A stretch of DNA of 64,000 bases from Escherichia phage ECML-1. The stretch lies in sequence record OL631478.1; one strand, given 5' to 3'. Of this stretch, positions 1 to 10,638 are shown one piece after another. The number at the start of each line of letters is the position of its first letter. The first letter of the stretch is position 1. A program made the position numbers and the translations under genes. A model generated the notes under the pieces. That model did no database searches. It worked only from the letters and a program-made list of their open reading frames with translations, and was not told where the DNA came from.

Positions 1-332
1 GCACCACCAATTACAAAGACATCTTCATCAATAGAGCTATCAAGATACTTCAAAAATGCTCCAAATGACTCTTTACTGGCTTTAGCATACATTACATCAT
101 CTTTGCCAAAGTCTATGCCTAAGTATGGTACAGAATTTGTTAAGATGAGGTTTGCACGTTCTGGTAAAGGCTTACTCCCCAGAGTCTTGAAAGTCTCATT
201 ACCCATCACTACTAAGTTATTTTTAGTGAGTCTCTTAAACTCTTGCATGTCCTGTTTATGTCGAGGCCACGGCATACCAGTTGGAGTACCAAACTCACCA
301 TTTTCACCACTTGCAAAGATTAATTTAATCAT
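1..332 (-). CDS. frd: dihydrofolate reductase, partial (C-terminus runs off window start)
   Basis: Reverse-strand translation from ATG at 332..330 gives MIKLIFASGENGEFGTPTGMPWPRHKQDMQEFKRL..., matching the DHFR N-terminal pattern (T4 Frd-like MIKL..GLPW); no stop before position 1. Confidence 0.7.
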   Translation of the reverse strand, partial: MIKLIFASGENGEFGTPTGMPWPRHKQDMQEFKRLTKNNLVVMGNETFKTLGSKPLPERANLILTNSVPYLGIDFGKDDVMYAKASKESFGAFLKYLDSSIDEDVFVIGG

Positions 333-589
333 TTTGTAAACCCTTTCTTAATGAACCAGTTGATGACACTCTTCACAACTTTACTACGATGGTAGATAAA
401 ATGTGGAGAGGGTTGGTATGAACCATAAGCCCAGAAAGCGATAATTTCATTACACCCTGTGCATCGGGTACTTTCTTCAGCAATATGACCGTTGACTATT
501 TCACTTACCTCACCTTGTAAGTCTGTACACCCACAATGTGGACAACGGATAGGTGTTCCATCAGACTCATAGCAGTGTTCAATTTTCAT
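329..589 (-). CDS. small Cys-rich (zinc-ribbon-like) protein
   Basis: 86 aa ORF with CPHCGC and CTGCN motifs; tightly packed with neighbours. Confidence 0.45.
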   Translation of the reverse strand: MKIEHCYESDGTPIRCPHCGCTDLQGEVSEIVNGHIAEESTRCTGCNEIIAFWAYGSYQPSPHFIYHRSKVVKSVINWFIKKGFTK

Positions 590-1105
590 CTATTTAACCT
601 CAAAAACTGGTTCAAGAACCAATATAAAGTCTACACAGTCATCTTCTTCATCCAGAATACCATCAAAGTTCTTAGGAATGAAGTCGAAGAGGCTCATAAC
701 AAAACAGTCAGAGGTAACCTTTATAGTTCCTCCCATGTTCTCTACAGTTAACACTGTGCGACTTTCTTTTACCTCCCTCAGAAGATTACCCACAAAGTCA
801 TCTAAGAAGTACTTCATCAATGACTTAAAACCTTTAGGATAATCTGTACCAGAGTATGTTTCAATCTGAGGTACAAGCTTAACATTTATACTGGTCTTTG
901 TTAAGAATGCACTAGAGAACATACTATCAGGTAGCTTACAAACAGTCTTTCCAGTACCTTCATGTTCAATCTCAACAAAACCAGCTTCATCGCCACATGT
1001 AACTATTTTAAAAGATGCTTCATTCTCATACTGTGAAGCCATAAACTTTTTAAGCATTTCTTTAAGGAAATCTGCATGAGCATCTTGTAAGTAGATATCA
1101 ATCAT
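590..1105 (-). CDS. hypothetical protein
   Basis: 171 aa ORF, co-oriented and contiguous with flanking genes. Confidence 0.5.
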   Translation of the reverse strand: MIDIYLQDAHADFLKEMLKKFMASQYENEASFKIVTCGDEAGFVEIEHEGTGKTVCKLPDSMFSSAFLTKTSINVKLVPQIETYSGTDYPKGFKSLMKYFLDDFVGNLLREVKESRTVLTVENMGGTIKVTSDCFVMSLFDFIPKNFDGILDEEDDCVDFILVLEPVFEVK

Positions 1106-1118
1106 AGTTAATCACCTA

Positions 1119-1478
1119 TTATGGGAACAGACACTTAATGTCATCATTTTTGAAAACGAAACTTGTGTAGTTGTGACCGTCAACATCCAGCCAAACAGCC
1201 TGAACATCTACACCATCAAGATTCTGGTAAAGCTCTTTGATGAAGTGGTCTTTCACAACCTGACTGCTAGTTGTTTCCAGCTTAATGTTTGAGATTGCTG
1301 AGCCTACAGCCATATAGCCCATGACACGTTTCTTCTCAGTGTGCTTAATCTTACCATCTTTGTAAGCCATAATGAGATTGGAGAGAATCTTCACACCATA
1401 ATACTTTTCAAGGTGAGTTGGTACGCCATAAAAGCCTAATGCGAAGTTTTCAGAGTGGATAATGTTTTCACGTTTCAT
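1119..1478 (-). CDS. hypothetical protein
   Basis: 119 aa ORF in the leftward operon. Confidence 0.5.
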   Translation of the reverse strand: MKRENIIHSENFALGFYGVPTHLEKYYGVKILSNLIMAYKDGKIKHTEKKRVMGYMAVGSAISNIKLETTSSQVVKDHFIKELYQNLDGVDVQAVWLDVDGHNYTSFVFKNDDIKCLFP

Positions 1479-1479
1479 A

Positions 1480-1809
1480 TTAATCTGCCAACCTTAAATT
1501 GAAATTAACACCAAATTTTTCACATACTTCCAACATATACTCAAGGGAGACGTTACCAGTGAGATGGATTATGTTGGATACACGAGCCTGAGAGATACCA
1601 CAAATTTTAGCAACTTGCTCTTGAGAAAGACCTCTGGATTTAATCTCTCTCTTAAAACGATGTGCAACGAAGTCTCTCATTTCGTCTACATCCATTGGAC
1701 AAATATAACTCTCCATTTCAGCCTCTCTGTCAGCCTCCCAATCATCTTGTGGAGCATAAGGGTCAAAAACCTCATTCATCTTTCTTCTTCCGTTTTCGTG
1801 AAGTGTCAA
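1480..1809 (-). CDS. helix-turn-helix DNA-binding protein
   Basis: 109 aa; segment LSQEQVAKICGISQARVSNIIH resembles an XRE-type HTH. Confidence 0.45.
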   Translation of the reverse strand: MTLHENGRRKMNEVFDPYAPQDDWEADREAEMESYICPMDVDEMRDFVAHRFKREIKSRGLSQEQVAKICGISQARVSNIIHLTGNVSLEYMLEVCEKFGVNFNLRLAD

Positions 1810-1984
1810 TCAATGAATCTATGTTTGTAGCCCTAACCTTTTCACGTTCATCATTAAGATAATCATCAAGAGCCTTTTCAATCTGTGAATCATCTTGACA
1901 GATAACTGTAAAGACTGTAAAGCCGTCTGTATCATCAATTACCTTACCATAACCGCTTCTGGGATGTAACTTTTTAAGAGCCAT
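1772..1984 (-). CDS. hypothetical protein
   Basis: 70 aa ORF with a basic C-terminus; overlaps the downstream gene start by 38 nt. Confidence 0.35.
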   Translation of the reverse strand: MALKKLHPRSGYGKVIDDTDGFTVFTVICQDDSQIEKALDDYLNDEREKVRATNIDSLIDTSRKRKKKDE

Positions 1985-1985
1985 A

Positions 1986-2369
1986 TCAAATACCTGTGCA
2001 GCTTCTGTTTTCTAAGAAATACTCAACGCCATACATAGCTTTTTGCATCAAATCTTCTTTAAACTGGATACGGTGGTTGAGCATCGCCTGTACATCAATA
2101 TCATCATGGTGTTTCTCTTTAATGTTTGCAGATTGCAGGAAATACTCTGCAAGAACACGATATTGATAGTCAGTCACCTTATCAGTCATCTCTGTTAAAG
2201 ACTCTTCAGAGATTGGTTTAAGTAGTTCACCTTTAGATAGAGCAACACCTTTTACAATCTGACAAGTATCCTCTGGGACACCTGATAAGTTCACATTTGG
2301 CAGTTCTGTTGCATTGACTGGTAAATTCATTGCCATAACCATTGCAGCAGCTAATAAAATCTTTTTCAT
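1986..2369 (-). CDS. secreted or periplasmic protein (signal peptide)
   Basis: N-terminus MKKILLAAAMVMAMNLPVNA is signal-peptide-like. Confidence 0.5.
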   Translation of the reverse strand: MKKILLAAAMVMAMNLPVNATELPNVNLSGVPEDTCQIVKGVALSKGELLKPISEESLTEMTDKVTDYQYRVLAEYFLQSANIKEKHHDDIDVQAMLNHRIQFKEDLMQKAMYGVEYFLENRSCTGI

Positions 2370-2469
2370 AATGACCTCAAAGTTATATTAAATTTTGTAT
2401 TACATTGAGTATAAAAATAAGCTATAACACCTGACTTGTCAACAGATTTTATAGCTTATTTGGCAGATT

Positions 2470-2850
2470 TTTTTATAAGGCTACTGCCATCCTTCCATAC
2501 CTTACCTAACCAAACCGAACCTCACACAACCAGACCGAGCCGCACCCCGCCTTATTAAAAGACCCTCTTAAAGACCTTTTAAAAAGGTAAGTCTCATTTT
2601 AATGTAGCTGAGACTAACTACCCGCACCGAACCTCACCTGACCTGACCGCGCCATACCTAACCGTGCCTTACCACACCTCACTTAAAAACCCTTTTAAAA
2701 GACTCTTAAGTGATGTAATCGAATTTTTATGTAGCTCCGATTAACTACCCATACCTCACTTTACCTAACCTGACCTTACAAGACCGTACCTGACCCGACC
2801 CCACCTCGCAGTACCTTGTTAAAAGACCCTCTTAAAGACCTTTTAAAAAG
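2470..2850. repeat. three tandem ~120 bp intergenic repeat units with G-depleted C/A-rich tracts
   Basis: Units each hold a 60-70 nt tract almost free of G on the + strand (e.g. tacccgcaccgaacctcacctgacctgacc) followed by cttaaaagaccctcttaaagaccttttaaaaag (2563-2588 and 2818-2850) or a close variant. Confidence 0.6.
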
Positions 2851-2866
2851 GAGCCTCCGAAGAGGC
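2841..2866 (-). terminator. intrinsic terminator (minus strand)
   Basis: Reverse complement reads agcctc-ttcg-gaggct followed by ccttttt; lies just downstream of the gene ending at 2879. Confidence 0.6.
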
Positions 2867-2878
2867 TACCTAGTCAAC

Positions 2879-3319
2879 TTAGAAAGGTTTTCTACGTTGC
2901 TTGTTAATGTTAGCTTTCATAGCAGCTAAATGGTTTTGCTGTTCAATCAGTCGTGAACGTTCTTGATGACTAAGTGCCATAGTGTTCACATTCTCAATCG
3001 CTTGAGTGGCTTGCTTTAAAGCACGACCAATCTTACCAGACATTTTACGTTTTGCAATAGTTGCTTGATGTTTAGGTTCAACCACACGATAACCAACACC
3101 CATTGAAGCAACCAGATAAATCTTCTCTTCTTTAAGAAGCTTCTCAATAAACTTCTCAAGTCGGTTTAGACGTGTAAGCGCATAAGCCTTCATTTCATCT
3201 TCGTACTTAACAATGTCACCTTGATAAGTTGGCTTCACAATACCTAAGAAGGTGTCCATCTCAGAATGTGATACAGTGTCACCGTAACTAAACTTTGCTG
3301 CTAATGCTTTTGTATTCAT
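2879..3319 (-). CDS. hypothetical protein
   Basis: 146 aa ORF. Confidence 0.5.
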   Translation of the reverse strand: MNTKALAAKFSYGDTVSHSEMDTFLGIVKPTYQGDIVKYEDEMKAYALTRLNRLEKFIEKLLKEEKIYLVASMGVGYRVVEPKHQATIAKRKMSGKIGRALKQATQAIENVNTMALSHQERSRLIEQQNHLAAMKANINKQRRKPF

Positions 3320-3321
3320 AA

Positions 3322-3927
<606 letters not shown>

Positions 3928-3989
3928 TTAGTTGATTGTTAAGTTGTTTGTAAAGAACCCTCAACAGAAGACTCTTTAGAAACTTGGTA

Positions 3990-4150
3990 GATTTTTAACG
4001 TGGCTACTACCATCCACCCATACCTCACCTAACAACACCTAACAACACAAAACTACACCCCACACCACCGCACCACACCAAACATCACTTAAAAACCCTC
4101 TTAGAAGACCCTTAAGTGATGCTGGTGAGTACCCGTTGGTTTATGCTGCT
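3990..4150. repeat. fourth copy of the G-depleted C/A-rich repeat unit
   Basis: ggctactaccatccacccatacctcacctaacaacacctaacaacac...cttaaaaaccctcttagaagaccc; same architecture as the 2470-2850 units, followed by the 8-bp-stem hairpin ggtgagta/tactcacc. Confidence 0.55.
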
Positions 4151-4186
4151 CAGTATACTCACCAAATTTTCTATGTCAACAACTTT

Positions 4187-5290
4187 TTATTCGTAGTCTC
4201 GAATAACTAACCCAACAGGGAACTGTAAAGAACCTTTACGAGTCATCTTCTGGAACTGAACCGTCAAAGGTTTCCCGATAAACTCTTCAGGATGTTCAGC
4301 AAGATACTGTTTCTTCTCATGAGTAGTCTTCCATGAGACATCTACAAAGACGTTAGGAAGAGTCTCTACAACGAACTTGCCATGACCACGTTTATCAGTC
4401 TTTACACCAGTCACTTTAAACTCTTCAGTGTGCATCTTCTTGTGCTTAATCAAGAAGTATGAACGGTGACAACACTCATAGAAGGAGTCTTCAGAGATTG
4501 AACGGTACATTGCGCCTTCAAACTTAGCTTCAACCCACTTATCATGAGCTTCATCAAACTCTTCCCAAGAGTTAACACGACGAGATTTAACAGGGACAAC
4601 TTTACAGCCATCTCTAAAGTCATTCAATGGTGAAGTCTCAATAATATCTCTACGCTCAGGCCACGTCTTAGTACTATCACAGATATCATACCAGTAGAAC
4701 TTAAGTAAGTGTCTGTCAGGATTGTCTTCATTTTTAATCATGGAGACAATATCTTCTAAGTCCCACCCATGAGCATAAATCTCTCCATCAAATTCATCAA
4801 CATCTTTGTGGAGCCTTAACATTGCCATAATGTCGGGTATTAGTTCAGTAGGGATTTTATAAACAGTATTCTCACGAGAGTATGCTGTGAATACACTACC
4901 AATGCTTAAGTGTCTTGAAATTCTACAACGGACACCATCAAGTTTTGGTTGAGCATCAGCAGGGAACTTCAAATACTTTGCATGGCTAACCTTTGCAGCA
5001 TCATGAGCAAGCTGTACACCCACCTTCTCAGTATTCTGTGCAGACTCTTTTGTGTAAGCATAACCTTTACGGTCAACTTGCTTTTTATACTTAGCAGCAA
5101 CTTCAAAGAGAGCTTGCTGTTCAGCGTTACGCTCATTCTTTTTACCGATGTTTTTAGGTTCTGCTGTATACTCTTCAAACATCATCTTGCCATTTTCTTT
5201 ACCATAGGTTGTAATAACTTTGTCACCTACAGCAACACATGACCAGACGTTGAAGGAACCGTCTTTATTTTGTTTGTACAGAATTGTCAT
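4187..5290 (-). CDS. ATP-dependent DNA ligase
   Basis: KLDGVRC (ligase motif I, KxDGxR) in the translation; start placed at the internal ATG (MTILYKQ) that has an upstream GGAG-like Shine-Dalgarno rather than the ORF-track start at 5323. Confidence 0.65.
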   Translation of the reverse strand: MTILYKQNKDGSFNVWSCVAVGDKVITTYGKENGKMMFEEYTAEPKNIGKKNERNAEQQALFEVAAKYKKQVDRKGYAYTKESAQNTEKVGVQLAHDAAKVSHAKYLKFPADAQPKLDGVRCRISRHLSIGSVFTAYSRENTVYKIPTELIPDIMAMLRLHKDVDEFDGEIYAHGWDLEDIVSMIKNEDNPDRHLLKFYWYDICDSTKTWPERRDIIETSPLNDFRDGCKVVPVKSRRVNSWEEFDEAHDKWVEAKFEGAMYRSISEDSFYECCHRSYFLIKHKKMHTEEFKVTGVKTDKRGHGKFVVETLPNVFVDVSWKTTHEKKQYLAEHPEEFIGKPLTVQFQKMTRKGSLQFPVGLVIRDYE

Positions 5291-5292
5291 TT

Positions 5293-5484
5293 TTATTCCT
5301 CTGAGTGATACCAAGTATTGCAAGCATTACATGCGTAAAGCTCTAAGTCATTTTTATCCGGTTTATGAAAGCAGTTTGCTCCGCAGTGGCAACGGAATGG
5401 CTTTCCATCAACTGTCAGGATGAATGATTGAATCTTCCCATCAGGAGTTCGTACAGCATTTTTATGCTTGTCTTCTTTGTTCAT
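5293..5484 (-). CDS. small zinc-ribbon protein
   Basis: 63 aa with CHCGANC and CNACN motifs. Confidence 0.4.
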   Translation of the reverse strand: MNKEDKHKNAVRTPDGKIQSFILTVDGKPFRCHCGANCFHKPDKNDLELYACNACNTWYHSEE

Positions 5485-5783
5485 TTTCTCTTACCACCAA
5501 TCTCTACGTCGATAACTTGAACATCGCCAGCAACATCAAACTTATGAATGATGCTTTCAGCAGTGTAAGTCCAACCATCAATGCGAACCAACTCACCTTC
5601 TCGTGGGACGATTGGATTACGTTGAGCTATGGTTGCAGTGGAGTGAACAACGTCATAACGATAGATATAGTTTACTAGGACTTCCATCGTGAAAACCTCA
5701 CTCAATAACCGTAGTATGTGATTGACCATTTTTGCCGTAGCTATAAGATGTTGTTGTTTGAGAGTTTGGACATCTGACAACAA
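5481..5783 (-). CDS. hypothetical protein
   Basis: 100 aa ORF; overlaps the next ORF in another frame, so one of the two may be spurious. Confidence 0.4.
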   Translation of the reverse strand: MLSDVQTLKQQHLIATAKMVNHILRLLSEVFTMEVLVNYIYRYDVVHSTATIAQRNPIVPREGELVRIDGWTYTAESIIHKFDVAGDVQVIDVEIGGKRK

Positions 5784-5934
5784 TAATATCCCTACTTATA
5801 GCATCACCATGTAACTTGTATACTCTGCAATCTTGCATCTCTGGTGGGAGACTGTAAGAAGCATTTTTATCTTCATAAGAAGGGTTGCAGCCAGATAGAA
5901 AAATAACACCAAGTGCAATTACTGCTTTCCACAT
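5698..5934 (-). CDS. putative lipoprotein
   Basis: MWKAVIALGVIFLSGC N-terminus (signal peptide with lipobox-like LSGC); start taken at the internal Met. Confidence 0.4.
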   Translation of the reverse strand: MWKAVIALGVIFLSGCNPSYEDKNASYSLPPEMQDCRVYKLHGDAISRDIIVVRCPNSQTTTSYSYGKNGQSHTTVIE

Positions 5935-6121
5935 AATACTCACCCTATTACTGTTCACGATGTTCTACTTCTCTGTATGTGCGTCGGTAGTTTATGATAA
6001 GAGGTGCTAATTCATTGCTTTTAACATTTGAACGTAACAGTTGCCAGTCAAAACCTTTAGCGACTCTTCCATATAAATTAAATAACTTTACTTTGCGTTT
6101 CATTTTTGGTATCTCCAATAC

Positions 6122-6334
6122 TCAGATGTCAATATTAATACGCTCACCCTTAAGGACTCCTGTACGGTCTCTTGCAATCTTACCGTCAACAATAAGAATG
6201 TGTGCAGACCTTAAAGAATCATGATTAAAACCTTTTACGAACTTACTAGGCATCACTACAATAAGCATCTCCTGAATTAACTCTGGAGTGTAGCAATTGC
6301 CATGAAGTTGCTGAATAACGTCTGCAAGTGTCAT
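6122..6334 (-). CDS. hypothetical protein
   Basis: 70 aa ORF between the polymerase gene and the lipoprotein gene. Confidence 0.35.
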   Translation of the reverse strand: MTLADVIQQLHGNCYTPELIQEMLIVVMPSKFVKGFNHDSLRSAHILIVDGKIARDRTGVLKGERINIDI

Positions 6335-6395
6335 ATAACCTCCTATACAAGATACAGTATAAGGTACTCTTCCATGAGCACCTTGTCAACACTAA

Positions 6396-9095
6396 TTAGT
6401 GAACCTCAAGCCAGCTTTTACCAACCTTACCAGTACCTGTAACAAGCGTTTCTTTCTTAAGACCTAAGTTCTTAGAAGCTTGTCCATAATACCAGTCAGT
6501 AACTGCTTTCACTTCTGCCGTCATACTTTCTGGACATTCCCAACTCGTCTCGTCGTGATATGCGCAGAGTAAACGAGCACCAATAGCTGGTTTACGCCCA
6601 TTTAACTTCATTAAGCCTTCGTCAATCATACGACGGCAAGCAAGGTTAATTGCCTCATTTTGAATCTGAGCCTCTGAACCCATGAGCAAATAATTCAACA
6701 GCTTATGCGGAGATTTACACCACAACCAAGCTCCAGCAACCTTTACAAAACCCCCTTTAGAGATTGCAGCAGTCTTACCAAACACCTCTTCAAGTGCCTT
6801 TTTAGTTGCTTTGTAGTCAGCTTCCAAGTCATCTAACAGCTTCTTAATTTTAGGCAAACGTATAAAGTAAGTCTGTTTAGTCAGCGCACCTTCCTTAGTA
6901 GTCGCAGCTTTAATCGTCTTAGCAAACTTCTCATCACCTGCACCGAACAGCAGTGCATAGATACCATTCTTAGCTTTCTTACGACCTTTGCTAATCTCAT
7001 GAAGAAGATTCTCATCCTGAGTAGCTCGACAAGTCAAGATGTCCTGCTCATCATTCAAGCTAAAGTAAATACTGTTCAGTGTATGTGCATCAGTTCCTGA
7101 ATAGACAACGTACAGGTCATTCTCAGAGTCATAGCGAAGGTACTTATCAATCTCTGGGTTGAGGTACTCATCAAAGTGTTTGCAGTAATAGCGTCCATCT
7201 TCTTGACGAATGAACTCAATTTCTTCTTTACCTTGCGTTACCGCTTTGGTGAAGTCTTTATCACCCATAAAGTTACAAAGTAGAACTAGCTGGGCTGAGT
7301 TCATATCTACAGAGACAACGTTAGTACCTTCCTCACAAATCCACACTGCCCTCATTGGTTCCCCATAGACAGCAGCACCAGACGGTACGTTTACAATACC
7401 ATATTGTGTCATACGTCCAGTTGAAGTACCAAACACCATTGCACCAGCACTAAGGCGACCATCAGGACGAATCTGGTTCAACCAACCTTTTTCATCATCC
7501 TTTGAGTTCTCAATAGTTCTGCGTCGGTGCATCAAAGTATAGTACTTAGCAATCTTCTGTCCAAGCTCACCTTCAATCGTATCATAAGATGATTCAGTAA
7601 GTTTTGGTGAAGTACGGATTAAGCAAGGCTCAAGCAAATCTGTGTACTTCTTCACAGACCAGTTATGCTCAATGTACTGTACACCTTCATGTTCAACATA
7701 GCTCAAACCACACCGCTCAACCATTTCCTGCCACTTAGGATGTTTTGTAATCATCTTTTTATTGTCTTTGAAACGACAAACTTTGACAGGGCGACCGTCT
7801 GAGTCTTTCTTGTAGTTCCAGTCATCTGGAATCCAACCAACTGATTTCAAGTAGTCTTTAACAACTGCTACCTGAGTCATACGAGAAACTTCAAAATCAA
7901 TTGGTGTATATGGTGCATCAATCAAACCTGTGTAGCGACTTGACTCAAGCTCAAAGTGGTTAACAACGTGACTGTTATAGTACTTCACAGTTTTGACTGT
8001 TTTCACTGGCTTCCAGTCTTTGCATTTCTTACCAATCTTTGCATTCAACTCATTGCAAATTGCACGAGCATCCTTCATTGCTACAAAGCCTTCCTTGTAC
8101 TCTTCACCAGTTACAGAGTTGGTTGGTGTATAGCAATTCCTCTTTTCAATGTTAAAAATCTTTGTAGTTGGCTTACCAAATGGTTTGATTTCGTATGTCT
8201 GCATCTCACCGTTACGCACCTGTTGACGGTACTTCGTCTTAGGATACTTGGTGATTCTCTTCAACCCATCTGCATGACCAAATGTTTCAACATACTCATT
8301 CCAAGCCTTTGCAAACTCTTCACCAGTTACTTTACCTTTGGTCTTAATAGTTGGAGGTAGATGTGGTTCAACCTCTGAAGCAAGCTCATTAGTCAACTTG
8401 TCAAGTTCCTTTACATGGAACTCCATAAGCTCTTTATCAGCTTTCCAACCATTGATAGCTTGCTGGCTCATCCAGAAAGATGTTTCTTTAGCTCGCATGT
8501 AGGTTTCATAAGTATCTATGCCACACTTCTTAAGCTTGAGATACTCATTATCAAGTGCCCGTTTAGTTTTGGCGTTAATACGGATATCTTCTACAACACG
8601 AGTGAAGATTTCTGCATTCCACACACCCCAATGTTCAATCTCTGGTTTACGAACACCAACACGAGCACCCCATGCAGCCAAACCATGAGCACCTTTATAA
8701 CCCTTTGGAGTTGGTCTATCCATCCACTGAACACGAGACTGGATAAGAGAATCCTGAAAGAAATTACTCCACGGTTTACACTTTGGGTTATCAAAGTTCC
8801 ATAAATCAGGTGCAATGTGATTGAAAACCCACCAGTCATAACCGAGACCGTTATGGATGCAAAGACGTTTTGCCTTTAACGCAAACTCAATACCTTCACG
8901 TAAGCCACCCTTGATGTACTTGGTGTACTTGTGACCGAGAATAGGTTCATCTGTAAAGACCCATACAGGTGGCTCTTCATCGTCAGATTTATAGTCTGCG
9001 AAAGCCATTACGTGCACTTTAGTGAACTCAAGGAGTAAACCATCAGTTTCTGTATCACCAACTAAATGTAAGTTTTTAAAATCTACGTTTTCCAT
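6396..9095 (-). CDS. DNA polymerase, family A (T7-type) with N-terminal 3'-5' exonuclease domain
   Basis: N-terminal GDTETDG, HNGLGYDWWVF and HGLAAWGARVG motifs parallel T7 DNA polymerase exo motifs; about 900 aa; start placed at MENVDF (ATG at 9095) which follows an AGAGGGAG Shine-Dalgarno. Confidence 0.8.
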   Translation of the reverse strand: MENVDFKNLHLVGDTETDGLLLEFTKVHVMAFADYKSDDEEPPVWVFTDEPILGHKYTKYIKGGLREGIEFALKAKRLCIHNGLGYDWWVFNHIAPDLWNFDNPKCKPWSNFFQDSLIQSRVQWMDRPTPKGYKGAHGLAAWGARVGVRKPEIEHWGVWNAEIFTRVVEDIRINAKTKRALDNEYLKLKKCGIDTYETYMRAKETSFWMSQQAINGWKADKELMEFHVKELDKLTNELASEVEPHLPPTIKTKGKVTGEEFAKAWNEYVETFGHADGLKRITKYPKTKYRQQVRNGEMQTYEIKPFGKPTTKIFNIEKRNCYTPTNSVTGEEYKEGFVAMKDARAICNELNAKIGKKCKDWKPVKTVKTVKYYNSHVVNHFELESSRYTGLIDAPYTPIDFEVSRMTQVAVVKDYLKSVGWIPDDWNYKKDSDGRPVKVCRFKDNKKMITKHPKWQEMVERCGLSYVEHEGVQYIEHNWSVKKYTDLLEPCLIRTSPKLTESSYDTIEGELGQKIAKYYTLMHRRRTIENSKDDEKGWLNQIRPDGRLSAGAMVFGTSTGRMTQYGIVNVPSGAAVYGEPMRAVWICEEGTNVVSVDMNSAQLVLLCNFMGDKDFTKAVTQGKEEIEFIRQEDGRYYCKHFDEYLNPEIDKYLRYDSENDLYVVYSGTDAHTLNSIYFSLNDEQDILTCRATQDENLLHEISKGRKKAKNGIYALLFGAGDEKFAKTIKAATTKEGALTKQTYFIRLPKIKKLLDDLEADYKATKKALEEVFGKTAAISKGGFVKVAGAWLWCKSPHKLLNYLLMGSEAQIQNEAINLACRRMIDEGLMKLNGRKPAIGARLLCAYHDETSWECPESMTAEVKAVTDWYYGQASKNLGLKKETLVTGTGKVGKSWLEVH

Positions 9096-9154
9096 TTTTA
9101 CTCCCTCTAAAATCATTAACCTCATACATTACTGCAAAAAATTATAAAAAGCAA

Positions 9155-9178
9155 GTTGACAATGCACTTGACAAGGTG
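9155..9178. promoter_or_regulatory. conserved divergent-junction motif gttgacaatgcacttgacaaggtg (two tandem TTGACA boxes)
   Basis: Near-identical copy at 55625..55648, the other divergent junction; a perfect TATAAT on the minus strand lies at 9141..9146. Confidence 0.45.
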
Positions 9179-9352
9179 TTAATCTTTGCGAAGTGGGTTT
9201 TTACTTAAAAGGTTACTTAACAGTTTAACTATACAGATACTTTAAAACTCTTAAAAGATTATTTAATAGCTTTTAAAAAGCTTTAAAGTATAACGTATAG
9301 AATACGTTAAGATAAAAGATTAAAACTTAATAGTTACTTAAAAGAGGCTTAC

Positions 9353-9775
9353 ATGCAGAAAATGTTTGTTCACCCAGACATAGCTGACTTTGTTAGAGCT
9401 TTGCAGAAGTTGGAAGAACTTGACATTGCTGCTCAACGGGAATATGCTCACCATCACAGGAGAATGGTTGATATACAACATGAAATAGAGTTGTCTGAAA
9501 ACTATGAAGATGACTTAAAATGCTCTGTATTTGAGCATATGAAAGATGTTGCTACAGCTAGACGTAAAGCCAAAGACACAGTTGCTTTACTAGATTCTCT
9601 TAAAAAGAGGTTGCAAAGTGGTACAGACCTGTGTAATCTAGCATCACTGATTAACGATGTCGAAACTTCTTGGGATAGACACTACTATCCACGTTCTGAA
9701 AAGACACTTGACTTTTCTTCATCAGAAAACTTAAAATGTTCTAGAAAGAAACTTAACCAACTGAGAGAGAAATAA
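9353..9775 (+). CDS. hypothetical protein
   Basis: 140 aa ORF, first gene of the rightward block. Confidence 0.5.
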   Translation: MQKMFVHPDIADFVRALQKLEELDIAAQREYAHHHRRMVDIQHEIELSENYEDDLKCSVFEHMKDVATARRKAKDTVALLDSLKKRLQSGTDLCNLASLINDVETSWDRHYYPRSEKTLDFSSSENLKCSRKKLNQLREK

Positions 9776-9776
9776 T

Positions 9777-10577
9777 ATGAATATCGATGTAGAAAAGATG
9801 CTTGAAGAGAAAGGTGTTGATGAAGCATTCTTAATCAATGCCGTAGAAAGCATGGCTATGATTCTTCGTGGTAACAACTACACAGAACAGTTTATGCCTG
9901 CAAGCTATAACTTGCCTGAAGACAAGTCTGATAACGGTGCTTTTGCAGAACAGGTCAACATGATGTTAACAGACACTACACTTGCTCTGGCATCTATTGC
10001 GGTTGGTGTTGATGCACTTGCTGAGTTCATTTTTTATGAAATGCAAAAGAATGACTATATCAGGATGTCAGACGAAGATAAGGAACTGTTGCTGACTAAG
10101 GACACTGATTCCATTATTGATACGCTTATCTCATCAACGAGTGCTGTTATGGCTGTTCTTGAGAAGCGTATGGAAGAGAAACTTTCACGATATGAAAAAC
10201 TTGATTGGGGCGTAGAAGAATTAAACCCACGAATCAAAGAGATTATCCAGCAAACTAAAGAGTCTTTGGAAGAAGCTGTTGAAAATGACTCTGTAGCTGA
10301 CATTGAACCACTTCAGGTGAAAGTTGCACTGATGATTCCAGCTATCTCTACGATGATGAATATCGTTGCACTAATCCAACTGTCACAGATGATGGGTGTG
10401 AGTATTGAGTTCATTGAGGAAATGACTGGTGGCGTTAGTATGCAAGCAATCAATGATGTTTTGGTGAATATTGGTGCTTCAATCATTGAAGAGAAGCTAC
10501 GCATTAACTTCGGTGATGATTTTGTGAAGCAAATCTCAGCTATGGCTGAAAAAGAGTCTGCTGACCAACTGCACTAA
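9777..10577 (+). CDS. hypothetical protein
   Basis: 266 aa ORF. Confidence 0.55.
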   Translation: MNIDVEKMLEEKGVDEAFLINAVESMAMILRGNNYTEQFMPASYNLPEDKSDNGAFAEQVNMMLTDTTLALASIAVGVDALAEFIFYEMQKNDYIRMSDEDKELLLTKDTDSIIDTLISSTSAVMAVLEKRMEEKLSRYEKLDWGVEELNPRIKEIIQQTKESLEEAVENDSVADIEPLQVKVALMIPAISTMMNIVALIQLSQMMGVSIEFIEEMTGGVSMQAINDVLVNIGASIIEEKLRINFGDDFVKQISAMAEKESADQLH

Positions 10578-10594
10578 GTCTTTATAAATCTTAC

Positions 10595-10620
10595 AAGCCT
10601 CCTTAGTTGGGGGCTTTTTA
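10595..10620 (+). terminator. intrinsic terminator
   Basis: aagcctcc-ttagtt-gggggctt followed by ttttt. Confidence 0.55.
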
Positions 10621-10638
10621 GTAATTAAGGGAGATAAA

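Noticed and set aside
103-339. 78 aa plus-strand ORF
   Set aside because: Lies antisense within the DHFR coding sequence, which has a recognisable protein signature on the minus strand; likely a spurious frame.
7956-8839. Three ORFs (7956..8360, 8415..8804, 8591..8839) inside the DNA polymerase locus
   Set aside because: All are antisense to or overlap the 900 aa polymerase gene, have no start context and low-complexity hydrophobic translations.
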